Positions 51,598 to 64,000 of a stretch of 64,000 nucleotides of DNA are shown here, in pieces (within the stretch, counting starts at the first letter, position 1; every line of letters begins with the position of its first letter). Under the pieces are notes generated by a model, which worked only from the letters and a program-made list of their open reading frames with translations, was not told the DNA's origin and made no database searches. This DNA comes from the human T2T-CHM13v2.0 reference genome, Homo sapiens. The DNA is taken from assembly GCF_009914755.1 (NCBI RefSeq), contig NC_060936.1. One strand, written 5' to 3'. A program made the position numbers and the translations under genes.

Positions 51598-52186
51598 CTT
51601 TTGAGAATTCCCCCTTTTCTGGTTCATTGGAATATTTTATATTTGCATCATCAGACTGTTTTAAGACCTTTTCAACCATCTTGATTTATCTTCACTTTTA
51701 AAGCCTTCATGGCTATTTTTTTCTTTTGAAATTATTGAGTTCTCTTTTCCAAGCACTAAGTTGTTCTCAAATATGACAGACCTGAAGCCTGGAATTATTG
51801 TAGAAAATATTTTTAGCTTTATCCTCTGAGAACCTGATTAATTAGGTCATAGAGACCAGGCTTCTGTATTTTTAACACTCGCCCACAGACCAGGTGTGTA
51901 GGGTATGTATAACATATAGTCCTACCCTGCCTTCCCTCAAATATCTCTGTTCATGTAGACTACATCATAGCTTTCCATCATCTCACACCATTTACTAAGA
52001 CTGGTATTCAGTATGAGGCTCTATTTATCACCCTATGCTACTGGATTTATGTTATTATCCATTGTCTGCACATTGGTGTATAGATTTTGGAGACTATGAT
52101 GTTACTGACCCCCTACCTAGTGACTTTCTTATGTTGCCTACTGGATCTTCACCATCATTTTATGTTACACTGACATACTTCATAAC

Positions 52187-52960
52187 AGCAGCCTTCAACT
52201 TGAAGCACACATAGGAGCAAATGAGCTTTTCCAAAGGATATTATATTAGAGTTGGGTATTGTAAATTATGCATTTAACAACGCTGTTTGTAAGTTCAGCT
52301 CCTAATAATGGCCTAACCATTCTTTTGGCTATTAATTTCCACTGGCCCCTCAATGTAGATAAAAATAATCATCATCCATGGCTACATGAACTAATTAAAC
52401 AAAAAGTACCATCATTTCAATAAGAGACAAATTCCCAATAAAATTTTACTTTTTTGTTTGCTAATTATACTAATTTTAAAATATATTTATGATTTGATTG
52501 ATTAAAAATTTTAGTGATAATTCAATCCAGAAGAAACATTGCCATACTTAATGTCCCCATAAAATTTTTAAAAATTAAAAATTAAGTTTATATACATATT
52601 TTATTGAAGGCAGTATGACAGGTTGATCAATACTTTAAACATAACAATATATTACATTAAAATCAAATTCTTTGGTGATGGGGAAATGAAAATGTAAGTT
52701 CAGAGAAAAAAAGGAATGATATAAAATCCTGACTGCAAACGAAGAACTTGTTGATCAAATTATTATGGTATTTAAATAGATTTCACTCCCATTAAATGTG
52801 TAGACACGATTCTATTTTTAAATGTCATTATTTAAAATACACAAAAAATTTACATCCTTTGTAACCATTTATACTTATATTAGAATTTTAGATGTGACAA
52901 GAATGTGAAAGGCATGTGAATAATTTTACAACATCTTTTATGGGGTGCAGGAAAAACTGA
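52187..52960. mobile_element. Ancient hAT-Charlie-type DNA transposon remnant
   Basis: ctaattaaacaaaaagtaccatcatttcaataagag resembles a Charlie transposase C-terminus; family uncertain. Confidence 0.4.
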
Positions 52961-53156
52961 TGCTCTAGAGTAAAAATTGTCAAATTTTATCTGGGCATTC
53001 TTTTTTTCTCCAGCTTATCCTATTCAATATAAATTTCTCTTGAAGAAGTCAAATAATGTATAGTCCATATCTCATTAGTTGTGCGGCATAAATACATTCC
53101 TGACTTACCATACCCATGGTTTAGAAATTCATTCACATTCTTTGGTTTTATATCTA

Positions 53157-53160
<4 letters not shown>

Positions 53161-53195
<35 letters not shown>
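53161..53195. repeat. (TG)17 microsatellite
   Basis: Directly visible. Confidence 0.97.
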
Positions 53196-53199
<4 letters not shown>

Positions 53200-53799
53200 G
53201 GAGAGGTCTATCTCTCCATCTCTTTACATAGGTGGATAGGTAGATAGATATAGATATAGATAAGAATGAATAGCTGGAGAGATGGAGGCTCTCTACCTAC
53301 CCATCTCTCCAGCTACTCACTTTCCACATACTACTTTTCCTTCAAAATCTCAACCTTCAGAGGGAAAAACAATAAAAGCACTCTACCATCTCACAGTCCT
53401 ACAAGGCTATAAATCCTTCAGTTTTGTCTTCAAGGTTTCATAGTCTTTCTAGAAGTTTCTTGTCTTCTCTGTGGTAATTTTCCATTCTCTGGTTCCTACC
53501 AGATGCAGCAGGATATTGTTTTATTTACAAAAGGTTCACCTTTACTTATGCAGGTGTGTTTATACATCTATGTACATGGAAATACACAATTTAATTTTCA
53601 AATTTATAAAATATCAAACTATAAGTATATAAAGACAATTAAGGAGTTTATATGTGCATATATGTATGTATGTATGAACATATATATATACACACACATA
53701 TATATATACATATTCAATATATTTTTCCCACATCATATTCCTCTACCCAGGAAATTATTTAAAAATTTTTCAATATACTTAAGTTCATACACATACACC

Positions 53800-54250
53800 T
53801 ATATTTAGTCAAGGTATTTTTTATACAACTGGGAGTATAGTATATATTCTGTTGATCTATCTTGTTATTCTAACTACAACAATGTACAAAGTACCATACT
53901 ATATTTAACCATCACTATTATGGCCATGTAGGAGGTTTACAATGGTCAGCCTCTCTCTTAGTCACAAACAATGTTGTGACAAACATTCTTGTGAATATAT
54001 CTTTGTGCTCATGTTTAATTATTTCTCAAGAAGGGATTCCTATAAATGGGATTTCTTGATCAATGACTACACATTTTCACCTTTAATTGATATTGTCCTC
54101 AAAAAAAACTGTGCCATATTATGTTCAGATAACAATGAAAAAAAATTTCCCTACACCTTCAGCAAAAATGCATATAATAACTCTTAAAATGTGCCAACCA
54201 AATAGAGAGAGACTGAATTCTTGTAGACATTTTAATTTTCCATCTCTGAC
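53800..54250 (-). mobile_element. L1ME-type 3' fragment
   Basis: taccatactatatttaaccatc...acaaacaatgttgtgacaaacattcttgtgaatatatctttg. Confidence 0.6.
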
Positions 54251-54947
54251 TTCTGATGCATTATTCTGTGAGAAGTGACATGCACTTATTTTGAGTTTCA
54301 GTAACACTGAGTTATTTTTCTTTCTCCTCTAGGCCATATTTATCTGTTCAGTATTATTTGGATATGATTTTTGATTCCCCTCTGACTTATAAAAAACATA
54401 TTTTCTGGTTTTCTTTTTGAATCATTTCCACTTTTCTATTTTTGTCTTTATCTTTCTTGATCAGCAGTATAGAGAGGTCTTCCTCGGGCCTGCTCACTTT
54501 CACCGCAAGCAGCTGACTCGCTTAACATAAATAGCTCGATATTGCTTCTGGCAAGGACACAAACTGAGGACACTCCCTGAAGGGCCAAAGGAATAATCAC
54601 CTCACCTTCTATTCCTCTTGCTTTGGTTAGTTCTAATACTTTGTTATTAAGTGTTGGAAAAGTCATTTTCTTCTTTATATTAAGGTGGTGCTTTTGAAAC
54701 TTTTCCAACAAATTGTTCCTATAAGCACAGAAGAGTGAACTTGCAAATAATGATTTGTTTTTCTTATTCCAAACCTCTGAGTAAAATTAAAGGTGCAGGA
54801 ACATTTGTCAGTTCTTTTACTCTCTGACACAAATTATCTTGGGAAAGAAAAACTGTATTCAGTTGGATGAAGATCAAAATCATGATTAATTCAATTCAAC
54901 TTTACAAAAATGTATATATTGCATGCTAAAGCTCAATTTAGCAATTA

Positions 54948-55277
54948 CAGTTATTCTTCAGTATCCATGGGGGATTTATTCCAGGACCTCGCAGAGACCA
55001 AAATCCATGGGTTCTCAAGTCCCTTATATAAAATGGTATAGTATTTGCATGTATCCTGTGTATATCCTGTCATGTATATTAAAGCACATCTAGATTACTT
55101 ACAATACCTAATACAATGTAAATATTATGTAAATAGTTGTTATACTGCATTGTCTAGGAAATAAGAAAAAATCTGTACATGCTCAGTACAGATGTAACTA
55201 TTAATTAAAAAAAATTTTTGACCTTCTGCATGGTTTAATCCATGGATGTGGAACTCATGGATATGGAGGGCTGACTG
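54948..55277. mobile_element. MER2 (TcMar-Tigger MITE)
   Basis: TIRs cagttattcttcagtatccatgg / ggatatggagggctgactg; TA TSDs at 54946-54947 and 55278-55279. Confidence 0.92.
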
Positions 55278-55389
55278 TATATGGGAATTTTGGGGAAAGT
55301 TTTGACCTTTGACATCATAGATTCCCTGAAAGGGCCTCAGGGACCTCCACTGGTCCATGAACCATATTTTGAGAACTTCTATTCTAGAA

Positions 55390-55532
55390 CAATGGCTCTC
55401 CATCTGTCTGAATATGATGGGTACTCTGAGCCTCAGACTCAGAAATTTTGATTGGGATAGGCCTGGCCATTGTTATTTTATAAAAATTCCCTAGGTTATT
55501 TTAATGTGCAGCTGGAGTTCAAAATCACTGTA
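55390..55532. mobile_element. MER5A1/MER5B-like fragment
   Basis: ccctaggttattttaatgtgcagctggagttcaaaatcactg. Confidence 0.6.
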
Positions 55533-55779
55533 GAACATTGCATAGTGTTTTTCATTATAGACACTCAAAGTATATTTTGGGATTGTACTGAAATATCTGC
55601 AAGTGCAAAAACATTTAAAATATAATACAATTATCACAATATTGGGCCATAATGTGTAGATTAGGGTTATTTTGTGTGGAGATTGAGCCAGAGCAATTTC
55701 AAGACCCTCTTTCTCAGAATTACTGACATCAGAATGGTATTCTGGAATTTCATTTGCATTAGGTGTAGACCACTAGTTT

Positions 55780-56020
55780 ATCTATCAATCTATCCATTCA
55801 TCTATGTATCTATGTATTTATGTATCTATGAATGTATGTATCTATCTATTATCTATCATCTATCTTTTTATCATCTATCAATCTGTCATATCTATCATTG
55901 ATCTATTAATTAATCATCTGTCTCAGTGCGTATGTATGCATGTATGTGTGTATGTGTATGTGTGTACATATGTATGCATGTATGTGTGTATATGTGTGTA
56001 CATATGTATGCACATATACA
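55780..56020. repeat. Degenerate (TCTA)/(TGTA)/(TG) low-complexity tract
   Basis: Directly visible. Confidence 0.85.
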
Positions 56021-56062
56021 GCTAATGGAATAGAATATTTAAATTTAATAGTGAAGTGCTTA

Positions 56063-56549
<487 letters not shown>

Positions 56550-56989
56550 TTACTGATTGTGTAATGGTTCTTCTAACTCTTGACTACAGGAAAAGGGGAG
56601 AATTGCTATTGAGCCCTCCTGTTGTCATGTCTTCTATGCAAAACCTATTGAGCTGTGAGAATTTCAAGAGCAAAGACAGAACCAGAGGTGGAATTCTTGA
56701 AGAGCGCACAATTAAGGTGCAAATTCTTATAGTTAATGCTTTTGCCTTGGTAGATGTGAAATCTAGGCAGTTTTCTAAAAATCTAAACAGTTTACATATT
56801 TGAAACCCTCATTGATAGATCTTAATGTTCTTATTTATTACATTGTTGGTAATTCTTTGGTTTTTAAAATAAAACATAGATCCTCTAACAGGTTCACTTA
56901 AAATAAGTTTCATATTAATGGAGACAAAGGGTGTTGAGCTCTGGTTTTTATTATTATTTTTGAATCAAAAGAAATTTAGAATGCATCCT

Positions 56990-58230
56990 AGCACTAAATA
57001 TAAATGATGTAACTATAACACATCTAGACAAAAGCATAGGAGAAAATCTTCATGACGTTGGGGTAGGCAAAATTTTCATAGAAGACAAAATGGCTAATAG
57101 CAAAACTTAAAAAAAATGATAAATTGGATCTTATTAAAATGAAAACATTGATTTTCAAAGACATTCGTAAGTAAAACAAAAAGTAAGCCATGAATTGGGA
57201 GGTAATTTTTAATAATCTGTGTACCTGACAAAGAATTTTATCCATAATATATAAACTCAGTCATAAGAAGAGAAACAACCCAATTAAAAATAAGCAGAAG
57301 ATTTTAGCATAACTTCACAAAAGAAAATATATGAGCTGGGCATGGTGGTATGTACCTGTAATCCCAGTTACTCTGGAGACTGAAGCAGGAGGGTTGGTTG
57401 AGCCCTGGAGTTTCAGATCAGCCTGGGAAATATAGTGAGAACTCTCAAAAAATAAAAAGACATATGGAAGCTGGTAAGCACATACAAAGATGTGCAACAT
57501 TATTAGTCATCAGGAAAATGTAATTTAGAACCATATGATAGATAACTATACACACACCAGAATGGCTACAATAAAAAGAATAAGCAAGTGTTAGCAAGAA
57601 TGCTAACTCTCATGTGTTGTTGATGGGAATGTAAAATACTTTATAAATGCTCGAGTATTTATAAAGTGTATATTAAACAAATATACACTTACCATTAGAT
57701 CCAGTCATTCCGCTTCTAGTTATTTACCCAAGAGAAATGAAAGCATATGATGGCATACAAAGACTCATACATGAATATTCATATCAGCTTTATTTGTAAT
57801 AGTCCAAAACTTGCGGTGACTCAACATCCAAGAACAGGTAAATGAATAAACAAAATATAATACCACTTATATAACTTATATAACAAAAGACTACTACTCA
57901 CCAATAAAAATAAACTGATAAGAAGAACTGCATAAATATAAAAAAATATGCTGAAGAATTTAAAGAAGCCAGATGACAAAAGAATATTCACTTTTGCTTT
58001 CACTTAAGTAAAATTCTAGAACAGACAAAACTATAGTGATAAAAAGCAAAATAATGGTTGCCTGGGGCTGGGGAAAAGAGCAAGAGGCCAAGGGAACTTT
58101 TTAGGGTGATGGAAATGTTCTGTTACTTGATTATGACAATGGTCACACAGGGCTGAATTCATTTGTCAACATGGCATTAAACTTATACTTAAAATGAGTG
58201 TTTTTTATTGCATAGTATAGGTAATAATTG
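56990..58230 (+). mobile_element. L1M (MC/ME-type) ORF2 end and 3' UTR
   Basis: cataggagaaaatcttcatgac, ttccgcttctagttatttacccaagagaaatgaaagcat, gggtgatggaaatgttctg. Confidence 0.82.
57334..57458 (+). mobile_element. FLAM (free left Alu monomer) inserted in L1
   Basis: gctgggcatggtggtatgtacctgtaatcccag...cagcctgggaaatatagtgaga followed by an A tail; ~125 bp. Confidence 0.85.
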
Positions 58231-58764
58231 TTATAGAAGTTTGGAGATGAGAGAGGTCATTAAAGGCTGGCAGTGTAGAATGTAGAAATGTCAGTTCTGG
58301 CTGAACACTACGAAAAGCTGCTGAAGGCAGTAGGAGGATCACGCTGGCTTCAGAGTCAGATAATCCAGCTTTGAGGATGCTTCCTCTTATCTGAATTTTA
58401 GTACAGATTGGAATAGGCTGAAAGATCTTTCTTTGTATGATAAAGGTCAGAGAGTAATCAGGAACCAGATAAAAAGAGAACTCATTGTGTATAGTCAAAA
58501 GGCAACTTAAAAAATCTTTCTATTAAGTTGCAAACAGACTCTTACTGGATGCTCAAAGAATGTTTGGCACTAAGCTGCTTTGAAATGCTATCAGAGGCTT
58601 CTCAGTCTAAGAAAGGCTTCAGAGTAGATCTGAGGATTTCTTTCCCTTTGGCCAGAGAAAAGGCCAGAGATAGTCTCAAAGCCTAATGTTAAAGCTAATA
58701 GTGTATACTGCTGTTTTTACTTGACTTTTCCCCAAAATGGTGTGTAACTTTCAATATGACTTAC

Positions 58765-58766
<2 letters not shown>

Positions 58767-58800
<34 letters not shown>
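58767..58800. repeat. (AT)17 microsatellite
   Basis: Directly visible. Confidence 0.97.
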
Positions 58801-58803
<3 letters not shown>

Positions 58804-60900
58804 ATTTTTATTGCATACTTTATTTAGAGCATAAGATGCTCAGATTATCTCAGTTCTCCACTGGAAAGCCACTTTTTGGTCTCTCTTATTTATTTAACTT
58901 TTTATTTTGAGACCATTGAGATACATATGCAATTACAAGAAATAATACAGAAAGATTCTGTATATCCATCACCCAGTTTCTCCCAATGCTAACATCATCT
59001 TGCATAACTATAGTATAATATCACAAATGGAAAATTGACATTGATTATGATCCATTTACCTTATTCAGATTTTACCGGTTTTACATGCATTCATTTGAGT
59101 GTGTATATATGTTTAATTCTATGCAATTTTATCATGTGTAGATTCATGTGACTACCAACAGAGTCAAGATACAGAACAGTCCCATCACCATAAGGGTCCC
59201 TTATGTTGCCCTTATAAAACTGCACTCTTCCGGCCCTCTCACCCTTACTGTATATACCCCCTGGAAACCACTAATCATTTTCCCACTTCTGTAATTTTAT
59301 CATTTAATAAACATTGCAGAAGTAGAATCATAGAGTATATAACCTTTTGGAATTGGGGCTTTTTTTTTTTTTTTCACTCAGCACAATTACCTGGAGATGC
59401 ATCCAAGTTATAAGGTGTATGAATAGTTCATTCCTTTTTATTGCTGAGTTCTACTTCATGGTAGATATAGATGCACCATAGTTTGTTTAACCATTCACCC
59501 ATGGTAGGACACCTGAGACGGTTCCAATTTTTGGCTACTATGAAAAATGCTATTATGAACATTCATATATAGGTTTTAGTGTAAACATAAATTTTTATTT
59601 CTCTGGGATAAATGCTGATGAGTAGAACTGCTGGGATGTATGGTAACTCCATGCTTAGTTTTTAGAAAACCATGAAAAGGTTTCCCAGTGTGGCTGTACC
59701 TCTTTACATTTTTTACTAGCAATGCATGAGTGATTCGATTCCTTTATATCCTTGCCAATATTTGGTGGTGTTACTATTTTTTAAACATTTTAACCATTCT
59801 GATTGGTTGCTTAATTCACATTTCCCTAACGGTTTATGAAGTTGAAATCTTTTTACATGCATTTTTGCCATCTGTACATCCTCTTCAGTGACATGTTTGC
59901 TCATATCAATTTTCTGGTTGAATTATTTTGTTTTTACAACTGAGTATTGAAAATTCTTTATATATTCTAGATACTAGTCCTTTGTCAGTTATGTGGCTTG
60001 CAAATATTTTCTTTCAGTCTGTAGCTTATATTTTTTATCCTCTTAACAGCGCATTTTCCATAAGTTTTTAATTTTAATGAGGTCTAATTTATCAACTTTT
60101 CCCTTTATGAATTATGCTTTTGATATCATTTAAGAATTATTTGCCTAGTCCTAGATCCTGAAGACTTTCTTCTATTTTTGTGAAATGTTTTATATTTTAC
60201 ATTTAAGTCTATTATCAATTTTGGATTAATTTTTGTATAAGATGTGAGGTTAAGGTTGATGTTCTCTTTTTCTTTTTGCCTATGGGTGCTCACTGCTTCA
60301 GCACAACTTGTTGCAAGGCTATCCTTCCTTCACTGAATTACTTCTGCACTTTTGTCACAAATCGATTGGAAAACAATCAGTTGGAAATGTTTATATGGGT
60401 CTATTCCTGTGTTTTCTCTTCTGTTCCATTGATCTGAGTCCATGCCTTGGCAAATACCACACAGTCTTGAGTACTGTTACTGTATTATAAAGCTTAATAT
60501 CAGGTAGAGTGATTCCTCTCACTTTATTCTTCTTTTCAGATTATCTTAGATATTCTAAGGTTTGTGCTTTTCATATAAATTTTAGAATAGGCTAGCCAAT
60601 GCCTACAAAAAACTTCCCTGAATTTTGATAATTGTCTTATACCTACAGATTACTTTGAGGCAAATTGACATTTTTACTATGTTGAGTCTTCCAATTTGTG
60701 ACTATAGTATGTCTCTCTGTTTATTTGTCATCACTGATTTCTTTCATCAGCATTTGCAATTTTCAGCATCAGATAGTATACATTTTTTTGCCTCATTAAG
60801 TTGCCTCATAAAACATTAAGTTTATACCTCAATATTTCATTTTCCTTGGGTTGATTGTAAATGTGTTTTAATTTTGGTTTTCATACGTTTATTGTTACTA

Positions 60901-61109
60901 CAGTAATTCTCACATAATGCCATTGGTAGGTTCTTAGAAACTGTAATTTTAAGTGACATGATGTATGGCAGGTCCTGAAATAATGTAGTTTTGTTCAACA
61001 TCATTTTGTTATAACTTTGATGATGAAAAATTGGGTTTAGTTTTATGTTGTTTTGCTTAAAGTCAGTTTCCAAGAACCTATTGATGATATTAAGAGAGAG
61101 GACTTACTG
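60901..61109. mobile_element. MER6B-like palindromic Tigger MITE
   Basis: Long TIRs cagtaattctcacataatg...taggttcttagaaactg / cagtttccaagaacctattg...gaggacttactg; TA TSDs at 60899-60900 and 61110-61111. Confidence 0.8.
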
Positions 61110-61451
61110 TATATAGAAATGACATTGGTTTTCATCTCGATCTTATATCCTGTGATCTTGCTGAAATCACTTTTTAAGTTCTCGGAATTTTATTTTTGTA
61201 TAATCCATGGGTTTACTAAATAGACAATCATGTCATCTGCACACAGGGACTATTTTAATTCTTCCTTTTGAAACTGTATACATTTTATTTCTTTTCTTCT
61301 TCTGCTTCCCCCCAACCCCCATTTCAGTGGCTAGAACTTGTAGTGCTGTGTTGAATAGGAGTGGTGAGAACTGAATCTTTGCCTTGTTCCCTATCTTAGA
61401 GAAAAGCATTCTGTCTTTCAGCATTAAGAATGACAGCTGTAGGTTTTTAAA

Positions 61452-61610
61452 AAAATGAACTTTATTTTTTACAGCAATTTTAGTCTCACAGAAGATTGAG
61501 TAGAAGGTACAGAAATTGCTCACACATCTCCTTTCCCCACACATGTATAGCTTCCCTCCTTAGCAACATTCACCACCAGAGTGGTACATTTGTTATAACT
61601 GATGAAAATA
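61452..61610 (-). mobile_element. Very short L1 3' end (L1MC1-like) nested in L1
   Basis: caccagagtggtacatttgttataactgatgaa; TSD aggtttttaaa at 61441-61451 and 61611-61621. Confidence 0.8.
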
Positions 61611-62139
61611 AGGTTTTTAAAGACACTCTTCATTAAGTTGAAGTAATTCCTATCCCTAACTTGCTGAGAGTTTTTAATTACAAATGAATATTGGATTTTA
61701 TCAAATGCTTTTTCTGCATTAATTGATATAATCATCTTCTTTAGCCTGCCAATTCTTCCTCCTCATCCTGTTAATTTGGGGGCTTATGATGATGAGGCTT
61801 GCTATGAAAATTGAGTCTTGGTGGAAAGCCAGGTGTCAGTCATGAAGTATTATAAATGAAATTCAAAGGAATGGATTCATAATACATAGTACAGGAATTC
61901 CCTACTGTACATTAAAATTGAGTGGCAGTCAGTGGAATTAAGTATGAATTCTTAATAAAAAATAGTACAGAAAAGGATACATGTATGTTGCATTCTGGAG
62001 CAAGGAGGAATGTATTGCCTAATGAGAAACAAAACCACTATTTTCTAGGATTCACTGTGCCTTAAGCATAGTGACCTCATTTCAATAACGAGTACTGCAT
62101 AATAATACTTCTTCAACTTTACAGGGACCTACAACCTAT

Positions 62140-64000
62140 TCATTCTATCTCATTTTCACTATTTTTAACCTTCCACCCCTCTTATCTCTATTTTCCTTCC
62201 TGTCCAGTTTTGATCATGGTCCATGTTTATAATTGCTCCCCTGCCAATATCCTTTATCTCCCTTGTCCCACTCTTCCCTGGTTGTAGTTGCTTGACCCTC
62301 AATTCTATTAAATCCAACTCTCCAACTACTCCAGGCCTGCACACACATGCAAAAATTGGCTCTAGAGAAAGTTCAAATTTGTGACTACCAATATAATATG
62401 AGCATTTAGGCCCAACAGTCCTAAGGGCCAGCATTTTCATTATCTATGTTCTACTTACTTGTCCTCTTAGATTAGTATATCCTTTTCCTTTTTTCTTCAA
62501 ACCTTTAACACCTTCTTCCTCATCTTCACTCAGCTGATTTTTGCTTCCCACTTTATTGAGAAAATAGAAACAATGGAAAAGAAAAGAATGTTCACAAACA
62601 TCCACTACCACAGGTACCCACTTAACCATCTTCCTACTGGTTCCTACAGATGAATTGCCTGATCTCAAACAAAGACCCATGCCTTTTCTTCTAGAACCCA
62701 TCCCCTCTCACCCGTTATAGGACAAGATTCCAACAAATCCCTTTCTTTCTTGCATCATCAAGATTTTCCCCATGAGTAGATCACTTCCATTAGCATATGA
62801 ACATGCTATAAATAACTCTTCCCCCATCCAAAAATGATGTCCCATTCTCTACCACTCTTTACAGAAAGGCTCCTGGAAATACTTGTCTGTACTCTCCACA
62901 TACTACTGCTCTTTTTCCATTCACTCTTGAACCTTCTTCAGTTAGGCTTTTTCCTCCAACACTCCACTGAGACTGTTCATGTGAAGGTCACTAATGACTT
63001 GCACAATGCCAAAGATAATGATCACTTCTTGGACCACATATTCTTGACTATTTGCAATACTGACAGAAAAATCTTGATCTTCCCCTCAAATCTGTCCCTC
63101 CGTAAGCTTTTGCCATCTTAATAAATTGCGAAGTGGTTTCACCAATAACCAATCCCAAGAGAGGACTTCCACTCTGTGGAGGACAGAAGAGATCATCATC
63201 ACTGTGTCAACCACAAGGAACAGGAGTCTGAACACTTCTGTCCACTGCGTCCTCAGCTGCAGTGTTACCAATTCCCTGAGTCTATGAGACAGAACACACT
63301 CATATGCAACACGTTACATGAAGCAAGTTAATTACTTACAGATAGGCAGCAAGAAACAAAACAAAAGAAGCCTGTGATCCATTGTGAGTAGGTTCCCCAA
63401 GGTTCGAGAAAGCTGCCTCGAGCAGATGGAGTCTTGATTGTGCCTGCTTCAGTTACACCACAGCTGAGGAACCTGGAAAGGCAGCCCGCCCTCCACCACA
63501 GGGGCAGTGTGACTCAGTGGATGAGCTTTGGAGGTAATCTTCCTTCTCAGGAGAGAGGAACAATCCCCGGGCTGTTCCGGGCAGTTCCTCTTTAACTTGA
63601 GATGTTACATTCCCTAGGAAGTACAGGAATAAGATCCAGGCTGTTTCAGGCAGTTCTTCCTTATCTCAGGACATTGCATTCCCAGCACATTTTACAGTTA
63701 TTCTTGGTAACTGTAAACAAGAAAGGGGGAGAACTGGGTGGGTCCAGGGCCATTCAGGGAACTGTCCTGCGATAAATGTCAACTTCATCCATCTAGCTGC
63801 TCAGATCAAACATCCTGGTATCAACCTTGAGGTTTCTTACCTACAACCCATGTATAATCCTTCAGCAAAACTCTTACCACTTCTCACCACCCCTCTACTA
63901 CCATCCTTATCCAAGCTACAATCATCTCTTGCATGGATTATTTCAATTACCCTCTTTTTTATCTTTCAGTGAATGTTCATTAAATCTACCGGAAGGACTT
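62140..64000 (+). mobile_element. L2 (pieces ~62140-63126 and 63772-64000) split by MER70
   Basis: aaggtcactaatgacttgcacaatgccaaa; catccatctagctgctcagatcaaac; ccatccttatccaagctacaatcatctcttgcatggatta. Confidence 0.8.
63127..63771 (-). mobile_element. MER70-like ERVL solo LTR
   Basis: Reverse complement begins CGCAGGACAGTTCCCTGAATGGCCCTGGACCCACCCAGTTCTCCCCC; TSD ataaat at 63121-63126 and 63772-63777. Confidence 0.72.

Larger units (their letters stand above)
58885..61750 (-). mobile_element. L1MC/MD-type element (3' UTR to ORF2 RT region) with two nested insertions
   Basis: ORF fragments MIISINAEKAFDKIQ and FSPLLFNTALQVLA are L1 RT motifs; L1MC-type 3' UTR at left. Confidence 0.9.

Overview
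AT-rich, CpG-depleted primate (very likely human) genomic DNA. I cannot support a protein-coding gene, tRNA, rRNA or CRISPR array in this window. The ORFs I could assign fall in repeats or microsatellites, and the rest look like chance ORFs. The window is a layered set of transposable elements. SINEs: four Alus and one FLAM, plus MIRs. LINEs: many L1 fragments (L1PA to L1M), L2 and an L3/CR1 reverse-transcriptase relic. DNA transposons: MER5, MER33, MER2, MER6B-like. LTR elements: a full-length THE1 provirus, solo THE1 LTRs, MLT1s, MER74, MER70 and LTR33-like. Best leads: (1) an intact 450-bp HERV-H solo LTR7 with a perfect TSD and duplicated SOX/KLF-type motifs, pointing leftwards; (2) a probable, heavily decayed Ty3/Gypsy pol/integrase fossil with a candidate LTR (~30.6-34.3 kb); (3) two strong non-TE hairpins (26.0 and 53.3 kb); (4) a templated-insertion scar inside an Alu; (5) a minus-strand bias of LTR/L1 insertions, suggesting an intron of a + strand transcription unit, with a few weak candidate exons and enhancers. 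Repeat subfamily names come from recalled consensus sequences, not from a search. I did not find a convincing novel biological system.
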